The notes below the pieces were generated by a model. That model saw only the letters and a list, made by a program, of their open reading frames with translations. It had not been told where the DNA came from and ran no database searches. Below, in pieces: positions 14,656-28,062 of a DNA stretch of 64,000 bases (positions are counted from its first letter, which is position 1; the number at the start of each line of letters is the position of its first letter). The stretch is from assembly GCA_052426225.1 (NCBI GenBank), contig JBNJNM010000006.1, positions 2,294,001-2,358,000 of the forward strand, in the 5' to 3' direction. This stretch comes from Zancudomyces culisetae HAW-14-8 (taxonomy: Eukaryota; Fungi; Kickxellomycota). The position numbers were made by a program, and so were the translations under genes.

Positions 14656-16412
14656 GTAAGCCGTTAAATAGTTACTCTAAATCTCTTTTTGCAATTCCCA
14701 GATTCTATTTCTTTTATTTGATGATTTTAAAAATTCCAACAAACCAAAAAACTAAAAGAATAAAAACACCCTTATGAACCAAGCGTAAAGAACCAATTAT
14801 TAAATTTGTATATTAGAATCAGGACATCAAACCATTGCACAATTTTTATTTTAATGGCATTTTTTTAATTTTATCCTTTACCCATTATAAAGTAAAATGT
14901 GCCAATAATTGAGAATCGATAATACTGGCTATAAAATCATAGAACAAACATTGGTTTGTAATAAGTCGCGTTATTTTTCATAACAATCGAAAGCTTTAGA
15001 TTTAGTATATTTTGAAGCTTACTGATAATGAAAGTAACAATATTAGCTGAGTATGTGGTAAGGTGAAAATACATAACATATCCTCAATAAAATGCTCAAA
15101 GAAGCTTCATTCGTGGCCGAAGATCAAAGTATCACAATAAGCTGCTTGCACACTCTTAATACATGCAAAATGTTAATACACACTAAACTTGATTTCCTGC
15201 GCAGTTTATTCGCGATACTATTTGATACCTTGTGTATCTTGTGATTGATTCTCAGTTAGTAGCGATAATATCCTCGTCTAACTTTAACTAAATTTGTTAT
15301 ATTTCATTAGTTGTTATTTGTACTTTTCAATTTAACAATGTATTTTTTGATATAGTCTACAAACTTTGATTTATGTTATTCACAAACTCATGTCTATTTT
15401 CATCGTGGATTATGTAACTATATACTGGGTATACCACCTTCACACTATGAGCTTAGGAGATGGTTTTACACCAGGATTACACAAAGACAATTGTAAAACA
15501 AACCCCTTGATCCCGTGAAGTTACAACCAGAACACTATTGCAGTTTAACACATTTGCTCAATTTACACTTCATTCTTTTTTTATGGTACCACAATTCTGT
15601 ACATACCATACCTGCTTTTAATCCACTACTGTGTTTTTTGTTTTGTGCCAACCAAACAGAAGCTAATTCTATCAATCCAACAACAATAATAATAGGTATA
15701 CGATGCTATCTATCATCATCAATAATACTGACAATTATATAAAATTGCTGAATAGGTCATTAACCGTCCTTATTGGTTAAATTAGGGTTGTTTATTGAAC
15801 CACAAAGAAAAAGCAATTTAGAGTAACCAATGGTCGTAAGAGGGATTTATCGATTTCTCATTTTTGAAATGGTCATAACAGGGTATTGGTGTATGGGTCA
15901 AGTTGGAACCACCAAACAGAATTTTTGACAAAACGAGTATTAATTATTTGCTCTTGTAAAGGTATGGATATCACTAATCAGGGGGAGGGGAAAATTGACC
16001 ATGTTAATTATCGTTTACTCCATTTTTAGGAATCTAAAAGCATATCAATAGCAGATACATATCCCCTTCCAGCAATTGCGTATTGCTCAAGTTTCTTAAT
16101 TAAATGTTACTACGATATACTATATCGCTTTGCCAAAACAAATACAACTAAAAATGAACCAATTTTGCTAAAATGTGAGTGCATATATCATTTCTATATG
16201 GATTATGGCGGCTAAAATATATAAATTTAATACATTCACCAGAGCATAAAAAATAAATTTTACAACTAGTAAAGTATGCCTTTACAGCGCGATAAAAGGA
16301 TAATGTACAAAAGATAAACATCTAGAGAATAACATTGCAGTTCTGCTAATCAAGAAAAAACCTAAGCACACTATTTGATTATCGATACAATGTTATCTAC
16401 GAGCCAATTGTG

Positions 16413-18190
16413 CTAGTAGGCCAAGAAAGCATTTTTTTCCTTCAATTGCCGTTCGAATGATGGGGGATGCTCATCGGGCCAATTAGTGGAAAGTGCTCTT
16501 GCATAGCTGGAATGAAGGCTGTCATGTGCAAAAGAGCCCGATGGTTTGGAGAAAAAATATTCTCCAGGGCTAGCATTGGGAAATGGTACGTCCGATTGGT
16601 GATTTTGAGCTCTTCTCCTACGATAAGTGCTGAATGCCGAGTTTGATATGTAAAGAGTTCCAAAAAATAACATCAAAAAGAACACCTATAATATTTTTAT
16701 TTGTTTAGTTTAAAAGATGCTTTCCATAATATAAGTATATTAAAAAATAATGTCAAAGGGGCAAATAATTGTTTCATGGACGCAGGAACCAAAATAATAT
16801 CTTACCATTGTTTTAATAGAAATAGGCTCAATAAAACTGTTAATGATTTCGGCTATTGTCTCGGCAGATATCCGTGCTCTATAATTAAAAGAAGAAATAC
16901 CTTTAGTGTTAAATTTGAAATAGAGAAATGATTGCAATATATAAAAAAGGAGCTTTCAAAGATAAAAAATACATCGATAAGATATTACAAATATTGGGTT
17001 ACTCACCTTGCAACAACTTTAGGGTCCTGATTCATACAGGCTTCCCATCTTAAGCACTCATTCTCCATTGCTGGGACCCTAGTTAGGGGATCGCACTGAT
17101 TCATTATGTAATCTTTAGTGCACTTGGAGATCTCTTGAACAATTTCTATTAAGTTTCATTATAAAAAATTATCAATAACTTATCTCCAAGGTGTTATCTT
17201 GAACACTTACCTACTGAGTACTCCTGAACTTTTCGTTCTATATCACCACCGATCTCCTTTACCAACAATAATACAATTACAACTACAGCAAATGCCATAA
17301 ATATATTGAAAAACAGCTGCACGTATCTATATGGTTATAATAAAATATAAATATTCTCAACTATTTTCCGTATTAGTACATAGCTAGAAATAGATACGTA
17401 AACTAATTCACGCTTACCCAGCTACAACGAATGGGATATCCTTGTGAATCTGTAAATTCTTGAGCCCCAGCCCTCGTGACACACTTTTACTACTACGTTT
17501 ATCACCTGAACGTACCACTCTGTTTAAAATGGGCTCGTCTTCAGTAGTACTGCTTTCGACTTCTTCGATATCTTTTACGCTTTCGCTTTTAGATCTGCTC
17601 GTATAATTTAAGTCCATCTTTTCCATTTCCTTCGAAATCCCCTTTTTTTTCGTCTTATTACGAGCTCTAGTTTCCCCAAAACTTGAAGATTGATTTAAAA
17701 CCTCTAATCGACTTTTACTAACTTTTTTTGCCACGTTTGCGGATATAGGCTTTTGATCCTGACTCCTAACTCGCGGCTTAATATACTCCTGTTCGTATTT
17801 TTCCGATTCGTTTGTTTTAGCTTGTGGGGCGGAAAACAAAAAAGGTCCTCCTATGCCGAAAATCGTTTTGTGTTCATTTACATTTTCGTCCTTCGCATTA
17901 TCTTTATCCTTTGCATTCGTCTTCTCTACTCTATCTGAAAAGTGTCCTATTTATTCGTTTCAATCCAAGCTGGTTTTGGAAATATTCATGTAAACATGCA
18001 GATATAACGCCAAAGAAAAATGGTGTTAAATTTTGTTAAAACATTCTAACTTACTCTTTCTACAAGGCTCATCATTACTCTCCATTTTCAGCCAATCGCT
18101 GGATCCCTCCTTCGAATCCACGTCCATAGGGCCCTCGGAGCCTCTACTCTTAATTCTTTCGAAATTTCCTCTAGCGAAACTAAAATTCAT
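16413..18190 (-). CDS. BRL1: Brr6/Brl1 nuclear-envelope/NPC biogenesis protein, multi-exon
   Basis: N-terminal EGPMDVD, then YVQLFFNIF TM segment, four-Cys luminal domain (ISKCTKDY..NQC....RVPAMENECLRWEACMNQDP), ARISAETIAEIINSFIEPISIKTM and a second TM segment. Confidence 0.85.
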
Positions 18191-21100
18191 TGCAAATGAT
18201 GTATGAAAATTTAATGTTAATTATGTTTCTAGTTTAGCTGGATAAAAAAGCTGAAAAGCCATAATAGTTGCATTTTGCATTTTGCTTTGTTTCATTGTTG
18301 TTTTTTTTTTTTGCGTACATTTAGGAAAAAATTTTACTTGCTGGGCCTTTCATTACTGGTTGCAAAGTGTAATGAGAGTTATTAATCGGTTCTTACATCA
18401 CAATAAAATTTAAATAAACCGACCACAACATATAGTATTGATGCCAAATGTATAAAAAAACTAAAACACATCAGCAATAGAGGTATCATAAAATCAACCT
18501 GGTTATGGTTTCAGTCGGTAGATTCAAGCTATCTAAAGATCTATTCCTAAACGGTGCCCACCCATAATCTGAAACACATTTCACAACACGAAAGTTTAAA
18601 TTATTAAATTACTGCCTTATTCGAAAGTTGATTATTTATTTTGTTGAGTATAGGCTAAAGTCGTTATTGGGGGGGGGTGAAGAGTGTATCGAATGTATTA
18701 TATTATATTTACATATGCACTTACTGATTAAAGTTACGATAAATGTTGACTAAATCTATTTCGCTTTCAGTCAAGTTGACACAATGTTCATCACAGTCCA
18801 TTTCCATTTTAGTATTAGTAAATTTGACTTTTTAATGATATTCGTATTAATTTTTTTGCTATATTGTTTTTAATAAACTTAATAATAACTGTTAATTTAT
18901 AATTTTGAAAGGAATTACAGTAACTTGTCAAGACATGAAGTATAAATACTTCTTATGAATAAACACTATCTAATCTCAATAAATAATCAACATAATAAAT
19001 GCGTTTATTGGCAACACCCAGTATGCACTTGAAGCCTGAGATTATTTGAATTGATAGTAGCAAAATTAGAGACTTGACCCCATTAAAAATCACAGGTATT
19101 TCTTACTTTTTTTCATCTTTTTAAAAAAGTAGTGCAAATCCTGTGTTCATAAAAAATAGCTTTGTTTTATGCGCTGGTGCGAACAAAAAAGTAGATCATC
19201 TTTATGCTTGTAATCTAATGTTTTCCACGCTCCATACCATTAGCGTTACCGAAATATACACATACAGCATCATACAAAAAGCAGTGATATTCTGCTAATA
19301 ATAGAAATCCTATGCTATATGGAGGAAGTGTTGAAGTACAGCTTGAGTTTAGTACCGTGATCAATACATGCTTCTTTTTGAAAGCCGCAAGGTTTGATGG
19401 CAGGCTATAAATGTTTTAAATTTTTTAAATTTTTTTCTTGATCACACTTTGTAAAGAGAAAATTCGCGAGATTTAGGATTATTATTGGTTCAAATTAGCT
19501 GCTGAGTCAAAAAACTCAAATTTCAGCTACCTCGATGTTCCTTTTAGTTGGAGTTGAGATAAACGTGACACCAAATTTGTGTTTGATATGTTATAACTTT
19601 TAATCCGGTTTCCACTTTAATTTTTCGGTTTTTAAAAATTATTTAGTGAACCTTCATTTCTTGTGCTCATACTACACTTACATGGAAAAACGTGAGTAAA
19701 TTGCGAATGTATATATGCCTTGTGATGAGTGTATACCACTTATATATCATTAGCAAGGTTTAAAACATAATTATAAAAATACATGTACCCCATTACTTTG
19801 AAGAAAAAAAAAGTTGCAGGTGGCCACCGGTTAGATAATTTAGAGATTGGATATCAACTTTACACTATTTATTGAAATACATACAGTACTGCATCATCTA
19901 ATATTTCATACTTAGTTTTGTTTAATATCTTCAGAAAACTCAACAAAAAATAGTTCGAGACAATCAGCAGATACTCATCCTTTAATTGCGTAAACGCCAA
20001 CTTTAAACACATGTCATTTTATAACAGATCGAGTATCGCATTTTAAACACCTGGTTATTCGCCTGTTTTGTTTTTATATATAAAAAAACCCATTAAATTT
20101 GAAAAACAACACACAAAATTTAATTTTATAACATTTTATCCCTTTTTGAAACCTATTTACGAAAAAAAATTAAATTAAAGTTATTTCCCCTTTTTTAGCA
20201 TATTAATATATTTACTATCATCATCAAGTAAGCTTAAATAATTAACCTGATGAGCACCTCCTGAGTAGTTTTATTAGTTTCTCTCATTTCAGTTTTATTA
20301 AAGCTTTTATTTTTTTAAAAAAAAATAAACAGTGTATACCACATGACATACTTGTGCGATAAAATAGCTAGCGTAGCTCTTAAAATCATAGTTATATACG
20401 TATGGCTTAAAGTGTTGTATTTAGTACAACTATTATAGATGTCCCTCTTTGGGCTAGCTTATCATACCACTAGCTTTCATGACATCTATAGGCTTTGGTA
20501 AAGTAAATACTACTACCATTTTCAACACAGTGTGACGATACCAGTATTTTGTGCCAGAATTATAGCAAAATATGTGCTTCGAGGTTTTAAAATAAAGGTA
20601 GCTTGATACCAACCATTAAGGTTAGGAATCATTTTAATACATTACTTAGGCATCAGCAGAAGTTCATTGGGTAAGCCTGAAATACTAATTGCTTTTGATG
20701 CCTTTTTTTTTCTCAAACGAATGAATGAGCCTGTAAGATAAACAATACCAGTAACCCTCAGTCTCACCTCAAAATGTTTTTATAACTTTGGTTAATTATA
20801 ATTAAAGCATTATAGCTTGCTACTCAGTGCCTAACGTTAAGTAGGTATCAGAGCCTACACTAGCCCCAATACCATACCAAAACGTTCCTATAAATCGGTA
20901 TGCCATAACTTCAGTTGTGACATATTTTTTTAATAATTAACAACAGAGTTGAATACTAGAAATTTATTTACTATTCTTTCAAAAATACTATTGCAGTTAG
21001 CCTACCAATATACTTTGTAGCTACTAGTCGAGGTAATTATAGGTTCTAGACGATTACAAAGGATAATAGAGAAAAAACACAATAATGGCGACAAGAAACC

Positions 21101-22522
21101 TATCGATATACACAGACGATGAAAGCTAGTTCAACCCCTCATTTCTCTCACATTTATTTATTTCCAGAGTAAAAAAAGATTTGGTTTCCACTAAAAATAC
21201 AAAATGTAGAATATCTAGTGTCTGGCTAGTTCATTTTTCATCTTGTTGACTGAAATTGCTATTTACCTCCTTTTTATCTTACCAATGTTAGTTAACATTG
21301 TCACATTTATTTGGAGACAAGAGTATGGGTTTTTTCTATCATAGCGAATCCAGAAATACAAAGGATCACAGTCGGTAAACCTACTTTATACAGAACCCCA
21401 CTCTAAAAACAAAAGAAAAACAGTGATAGTCAATCCCATTTATTTTACTAAGCGATTTAGCCGCTATATTTATTTCCAGTATTCTGTTTCTCCGTTATTA
21501 AAAGTGTTGAAGTGTAGCTAAGACCTTTAACCCCATCCTAGGCGCTACAGCTCAGCTTTTTAATACCTTTATCCCCGGTTTGTGCGCAAACCTAGATTAT
21601 TTCCAATTTTATAAATTACTTTAACAGTCCACAAAATCCAATGGCTCTTCCCAACTTTCCTTCCAATAAAACTTGAAGCATTATTAATTTAGCGGATCTC
21701 AGATCAAGCTAAGGCTGTAAATCCCTCAGCGCGATCATTCTCGGCTAATCAATTAGCTGCCTTGAAAAATTAATCCAATTCCAGAAATGATGGAGAAAAA
21801 AGAACATTATTAGCAGGGTGTTTGATATTTGGTGTCAATGCAAATTGGAGAAGGCTTGCTAGTATATTTTAACCCTTCAAATTTAGTAACTATTTTGGCA
21901 AAATACCATAATAGACAGCAGAGTATTGATCAGACTCAAATGCGAGGCTTAGGAAAAAAAAAACAAAAAAAAAACAAAGAGACCAGAACTTAAAAGCTTC
22001 GAGAACATGAGGAGTGAGCGAGGAGGCTGTATGTTTTTATGACACATCCCGATTTTTAAATAGTGGCTAAACTATAGCTATAGTCATTGCAGTTGAACGA
22101 TACTAGCCCTCTAGATTAGTGGTTTCTAGTCCACCTTCCTCTCTATTTGGTAACACCAACTCACTATTAATTTCAATATGAAATTATTAGAAGCGTCACT
22201 TAAGAGCAAAGTATGTAACAACTAGTGCAATAACAATAACATGTTACAAAAAAGCTGACATGAAAATGTATATAAACCCAGCCATGAACCTCACAACTAA
22301 AGACCTTCAAGCTGACCATTGCATATACCCTTAGCACAAATACCGATAACAAAGGATAAATAGTTATTATAAGGTTTTGATCCTCATAAAGCAATAACAA
22401 AAAGGCATTAAAATAAAAAAACTCAAAGTATTCACTACACTTACATAGCCAGCGTTAGAACAATATACTAACATCACTCAGACTCCAATTCAAAAAAAGA
22501 TAACATAAAAGGAACGTAAAAA

Positions 22523-23545
22523 ATGTACAAAGGAATAGTAGCCGGTATATCTGCATTAGCATTTTCATCATCCATTGTCGGAATGCCTGCTCCACTTGGT
22601 GGAGACTACAACAAATTTGCACTTAGTGGAAAACTAGGATATCAGAGACGTGATCGCGTCGAAAAGTTCAGCAATCTTCAAGAAGACATATCAGAAAATA
22701 GCAATATTGAAAACAACATTCAGAATGAGGGTCCAGGATATGAATGGGCAGAGGAAATACCAAACCAAATGCAGCAAATGGTATATAGAAGGGTTGCGGT
22801 CGCCCAGAGACAACCAAGCTATGCCTCTCCCCAAAATATGCAAGGAAACGTATACAGAAGACAACAAGCATCATGTCGTCCTAGACCAAGTACATCAATA
22901 GGATCATCATCATCAACTGGAGCAAGTTCAGCCGCTCAAGGAGCTGGTGGACTTAACATTGACTGTAATAAATTTTACAATGCGGTTCAGGCTGCAGGTT
23001 ATCCCAAGCCAACTGAAGCACAATGTAAAGCATTTTTGGCTGGTTTGCCAACCGGAAAAATAGCAAGTTTGAGAGAAGCCGCCATGTTTTTGACACAAAT
23101 TCTGTGGGAATCAGATGGCTTAAGAGCAAAGGAAGAATATTACTGCAAGACAAATGATTGTAAGGCTGCTTACGGGTCACCATTGGATGTTCCTGGGAAA
23201 ATCTACTATGGTCGTGGGTATATCCAACTAACATGGGCTGCAAACTACCAAGCGGCATCAAAGGCTTTATATGGTGATGACAGGTTGTTGAAGAACCCAG
23301 AAACCGTCGGAACCGATGAGAAAACCGCATGGGATGTAAGCTTTTGGTTCTGGAGAGATCGTGTTAGAACCGATCCCGGTGTAATGGCAGGAAAGTTTGG
23401 TAGTTCGACAAATATGATTAATGGTGCACTAGAGTGCCGTGGAGCCTATCAAGCAAAGGCTAAAAAGAGATTTGAAAACTACAAAAAGATTTTACCTGTA
23501 CTTGACCCCAGCGCTACCCCAATTGAGAGCGGATGTTATAATTAG
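22523..23545 (+). CDS. Secreted glycoside hydrolase family 19 chitinase with long pro-region
   Basis: Signal peptide, Ser/Gly linker, then AMFLTQILWESDGL..EE, YYGRGYIQLTWAANY, FWFW and INGALEC GH19 motifs; intronless. Confidence 0.9.
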   Translation: MYKGIVAGISALAFSSSIVGMPAPLGGDYNKFALSGKLGYQRRDRVEKFSNLQEDISENSNIENNIQNEGPGYEWAEEIPNQMQQMVYRRVAVAQRQPSYASPQNMQGNVYRRQQASCRPRPSTSIGSSSSTGASSAAQGAGGLNIDCNKFYNAVQAAGYPKPTEAQCKAFLAGLPTGKIASLREAAMFLTQILWESDGLRAKEEYYCKTNDCKAAYGSPLDVPGKIYYGRGYIQLTWAANYQAASKALYGDDRLLKNPETVGTDEKTAWDVSFWFWRDRVRTDPGVMAGKFGSSTNMINGALECRGAYQAKAKKRFENYKKILPVLDPSATPIESGCYN

Positions 23546-24086
23546 GGGGTATATAAATTACATGCTTGTAAACAGTAATGTATTCGTAAATATTTAAATT
23601 ATTATTATTTTTTTTCAAAAATATGTAGAAATTTTATAACTAAAAATATCATACTTTTTGTTTCCAACTTTACTAAATAAGGTATATGGATTTAATGACA
23701 TTATTTAGTAAAAGTTAAATAAATTGACTATAAAAACTATTTTGCCAAATACAATATCATATTGTGTTTTAAAAAAGTATTATGGGAAGTTCCTAACTTA
23801 ACCTAGGTGTCATCGAACAATACTAGTGCCAGAACCCACGCATAATAGTCAGCATTCTAGATTAAGTTGGAATTTGAGATTATTTAGAAATATTTAAATA
23901 AAAGATAATAATTAAATATAAACAAGAAATATATTTAAAGTTCATTTAAACAAAAAATAAACTATATTATAAGTTTGAGTAGATAAATAGTAAGTTAGCC
24001 GTAAAAAAAATAAAGGAGGAAAGTGTTCAGCCAAATAATGTGACCCACAAAAAAAAATTAAAATAATTTGTCAACATAATGTAAAC

Positions 24087-26737
24087 TTAGTTTGCGGATT
24101 TTCTTTTTTTTTTATTGGTACCATGATGGGAGTTATTACTGCTATTGGCATTATTGTAGGCTGAAAACTCTTGTTCCCAGGCTTTGTAGTTCTGAGACAA
24201 ATTCTTTTTGAGCAGCTTCAACATATATTTTCTCTTCTTCGATTCGGTCTTAGCCAAATCACTGGAAGCCTTGTGTTGAGGCCGGAACCTATATAAATAG
24301 AATTTATGACATCCAAATTAGACCTTTTCTATATTGAAATGTATTTTTTGTTTGGGTAGGATCACTGTTCGTTATACATACGCAGAGATCATTAAAAAAA
24401 ATGTGCATCCAAACGAAAATTATTGATTATACTTACGGTGCAAGCTTTTTCAAGGAGTAGTACTCATTTAGGTCTTTTTCATCTGCCAAAAGAATCTCTG
24501 CAGGAGTGAGACCATAATCAATGGACTTGGAATTGTGATATTTAAACCTAGTGGGGATGTTTCCGCCAATTATATCTTCATAATCCAACTGATGATATTC
24601 ATCAAGTGCAGCTTTTAGTTGTTCTTTATGTTGATCATCGTCCAAGCTAACTTCTTGATGGCTTTCACTCAACCCATTACTTTCATCGTACATTTCGCCT
24701 CCAGGAAGATAGTCGGCATCCATCTCTACATCAGGCTCGGTTGATTTCCCCTTATCCTTTGATTTTTTAGACTTTTTCTTAGGAGCAACTATGTCGTCGA
24801 TGTCAATGTCATCATCCCACTGGGGTTTCTTTTTATCATCCTAGTAAACAATAAATAAGTTATAAATAGGGTTAGCGTAAAAAAATAGAATAAAAATTTG
24901 TATAAGAATTAAAATGAGCTTGACTGTCAAGAGTTGTTTATAGTAACTACAAAATAGTCATGTTTATAGCGAGCTGGATTGTTACCTGTAAATAATAGTC
25001 ATTTCCGAACACGGAATTCATCTGGGTGTCATATTTATCAGGATCATAGTCCCCTTCAAGGTCAATCTCCCCAAAGCCGATATCTATATTTACAAGTATA
25101 ATAGTTGATTGTGATATCAAAAGTGTAAATATTTCATAATAGTAAAAGATACAAGTGCAAAACTTACTTTTGTTACCCGTTATTTCCTTAATAACGGCAA
25201 GCTTTTCCATAATTTCAGCTTTCTTCAAATTCTTCAACCGCTTTAGTTCCTCAAACTTTTGCTCCTTTTCTTGCTTCTTACGCTCAGCAACTTTATTACG
25301 AGCAAGTTTGCGTTTATTATCTTCGCGTCTAACCGAATCATCAATAGTACGTGAATGTGTCTGGATAGAGGTACCGCCAGGCTCCTGGTGTCTATGCCCA
25401 AATTGTGACTCGAATGTCTCGGCTTCATATTCAACTACCTCATCAAGTTCGTCATTGACTATCTGTTCATAGTTTGGTCTCCTTTTTTCCTTTTCTACCC
25501 AGCCTCGATTTAGAATATAACTATTTTGTAGGTTGTAAATATCAATTTGTAATTTAAAAGTATTTATATATAATAAACCAAACAATAACCGTTATTATGA
25601 ACTTACTCTACAAGAAAAGCCTTGTCTGGATCCGTTTTGCTGTCCTTAAAAAAGTCTAATTCTTCGAGGGCGGCTGACGAGTTTTTCCCCTAAGTACATA
25701 AAATATTAGATTAAAAATTAAAAAAATTTATACATGGTAGGTATTTGCAAAAAACAGTATGTACATCAACTTACGCCCAAATTCTCTATAAGAAATTGTT
25801 TGTAATCATCCTCCTCTTGCTGAATTTCATTCTCTGACTTGACTTTTTTGCTAAAAAGATCGCCTTCTTCCTGATCGTCGTCTTCGTCATCTAAATCTAC
25901 CTATATTAGTAATTATTTCAAATAACGTTAATTCACTATATATTCAGTCCTTCAACTAAGACTCACCATTCGAAGAAATCTTGAATTTCGATAAAAAAAA
26001 TAAATTGAATGATTACATTAAAGGATTTTTTTAGCAAAGCCTGCTCTTCAGCAAAAGTTAGTTTTTTAGCACCCTCCAGCTCCTTTTCTTCATCAACTAT
26101 TCCTCCATCTTCCAACAGTATTTTGTTTTGATAATCTTTCATAAACATTGGCTTGTTCTTCAATGACTCTTCCTTTAATTGCTTTCTTTTTTCTTTCCAT
26201 TTTCGCTCGGCTTCTTTTATTTCCTCCTCTATTTAATTACAGCATACATTTTAGTTTTGCAATTACTGCATACAATAATAAAAAGTATAAAATTTTCAAG
26301 AAACCTACCAGAAAAAAAGTTAGTTTTTTGATCGTAAATGCTATCGTCCTTCTTTTTAATAGCTTCCAATGTCTTGAGTATCTGCAAATCTATTTGCGGT
26401 GTTGCAATCTCTCCTACTTCATCCTCTTCTGAGCTGCTACTCATATCCTCATCGTCACTATCAGACACATATTCTAAAACAGTACTTCCGACCTTTCCAT
26501 AGCGCTTCTGTCTCGCAACTGCACGTAACAATTTCATTTCCTCGACATTTTCCGCCCCCTCGTACATTTCCCTAACTATTTAATTTCATGGCATATTTAT
26601 TCTTAAGATTCGACTCGAATAGACACATTAGTTTAATTAACATATGAGTACTTACGTCTGGTCAACTCCTCTTTTCTTTTCTTTGCATCATACTCTGCAG
26701 CATACTTTTCATTCACTTTAAACTCGAATTCCGCCAT
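24087..26737 (-). CDS. KRI1: Kri1 40S ribosome biogenesis protein, multi-exon
   Basis: MAEFEFKVNEKYAAEY, SSSEEDE.G, FL..YILNRGW, EELKRLKNLKK.EI, MDADYLPGG, LDYEDIIG..PTRFKY, YGLT..EIL.ADEKDLN.Y.SLKKLAPFR. Confidence 0.92.
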
Positions 26738-28062
26738 TTTGAGTTAGGTATAATGGGACTGATTTGTTAAATTGTTTAATTTGTTAACAAAAATTTGAAG
26801 TTGATTTATTTTCTTTTGACTTGACAAATTTTGTTCTAAAATTTTTTTTGAATGTTAAAGAGGATTGGACAACTAAAACGTTAAAAATTTTTTTTTGATC
26901 TACTAAAAAAATTTATAAAAAAATTCTTGATCAAAAAAAATTGGAACCTCTAAATTATTTTTCAATTCAATTTCTCTTTCTATTTAACATTTAAATTATA
27001 TTTCATTATGTATTAATAAAAAATGGAAATAATAAAGTAATAAAATAAAGTCATTTTGTGATAATAACATCATCTAGACTTATAAATTTTTTTTATAAGA
27101 TTGGAGCTAATTTATATTAGTAATAATTTCATATACTAGAAATAATTTAACAAAATATCAAACAAAAGTGTTTTATGAATAAACTAAAGTGCATCTGCAT
27201 TTTTGAGATTGTAGTATTGAATTTACTTTTATTGATTAAACCTATTTGGGTATAATATATGAAAATAAATACAATACATTATTACACTGAACAATTAACA
27301 CTATTTAGATATATAATTTGTGCTACTCATATTAATTAACTATTAATATAAAATTTTTTACATTAAATAACTAAAATTTTAAACAATTAGTATTTGTAAT
27401 TGACTGGTATAAAATGCGAAAACAAGATTATATACTTAAAATAAGAATGTTTATAGTATTTAATTTTACTATAAAAACTAAATCAACTAGTTAATAATAC
27501 GAAAATTAATATACAATAAATTTTCTTACAAGTATTGAACAAAAAAATTAACCATTCGTATATAAATAAATATTTTAATATATGATATACCCGATACTTT
27601 ATTAATAATGTAAATATTAGATTATTATATTTGACTAAGAACCATTTAATTATAGTACCAAATGTATATCAAACAGTTGTAAAATCTTGTTAATCCTAGA
27701 CTTAACGTTTTAATCAATATGAAATTGCCAGCTAGCGCCGAGACATTACAAATAATACAGAGTCTAACCCACAAAACTCCGAGCCAGACAATATTTAACT
27801 TTTATCAAATCAGGATGCCAGGTATTGAGAAATTCAATGGAGACCCAGGAAAATTCCATGACTTCCTCTCCACAATAGAAAACCAGTTCTGGGCTAGATC
27901 CGACATATTTGGAACTGACCATGTAAAAATATGGTTAAAACGCTCTACCTTTCAGGAACAACTTCCAAGTGGTTCGACATCTTCATAGCAAAAGAATCAG
28001 GGGAAACCAAGGTGTATGATAAATTTCTTGTTCTGCTCAAGAAATTCTTCTCAGACCCAGGC

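Noticed and set aside
20248-20290. CTGATGAG as a hammerhead ribozyme core
   Set aside because: No stem II followed by GAAA and no closing helices.
18200-22500. Hidden gene or ncRNA in the 4.3-kb intergenic region
   Set aside because: No convincing ORF, exon chain, tRNA or snoRNA box pair found by eye; small spliced genes cannot be excluded.
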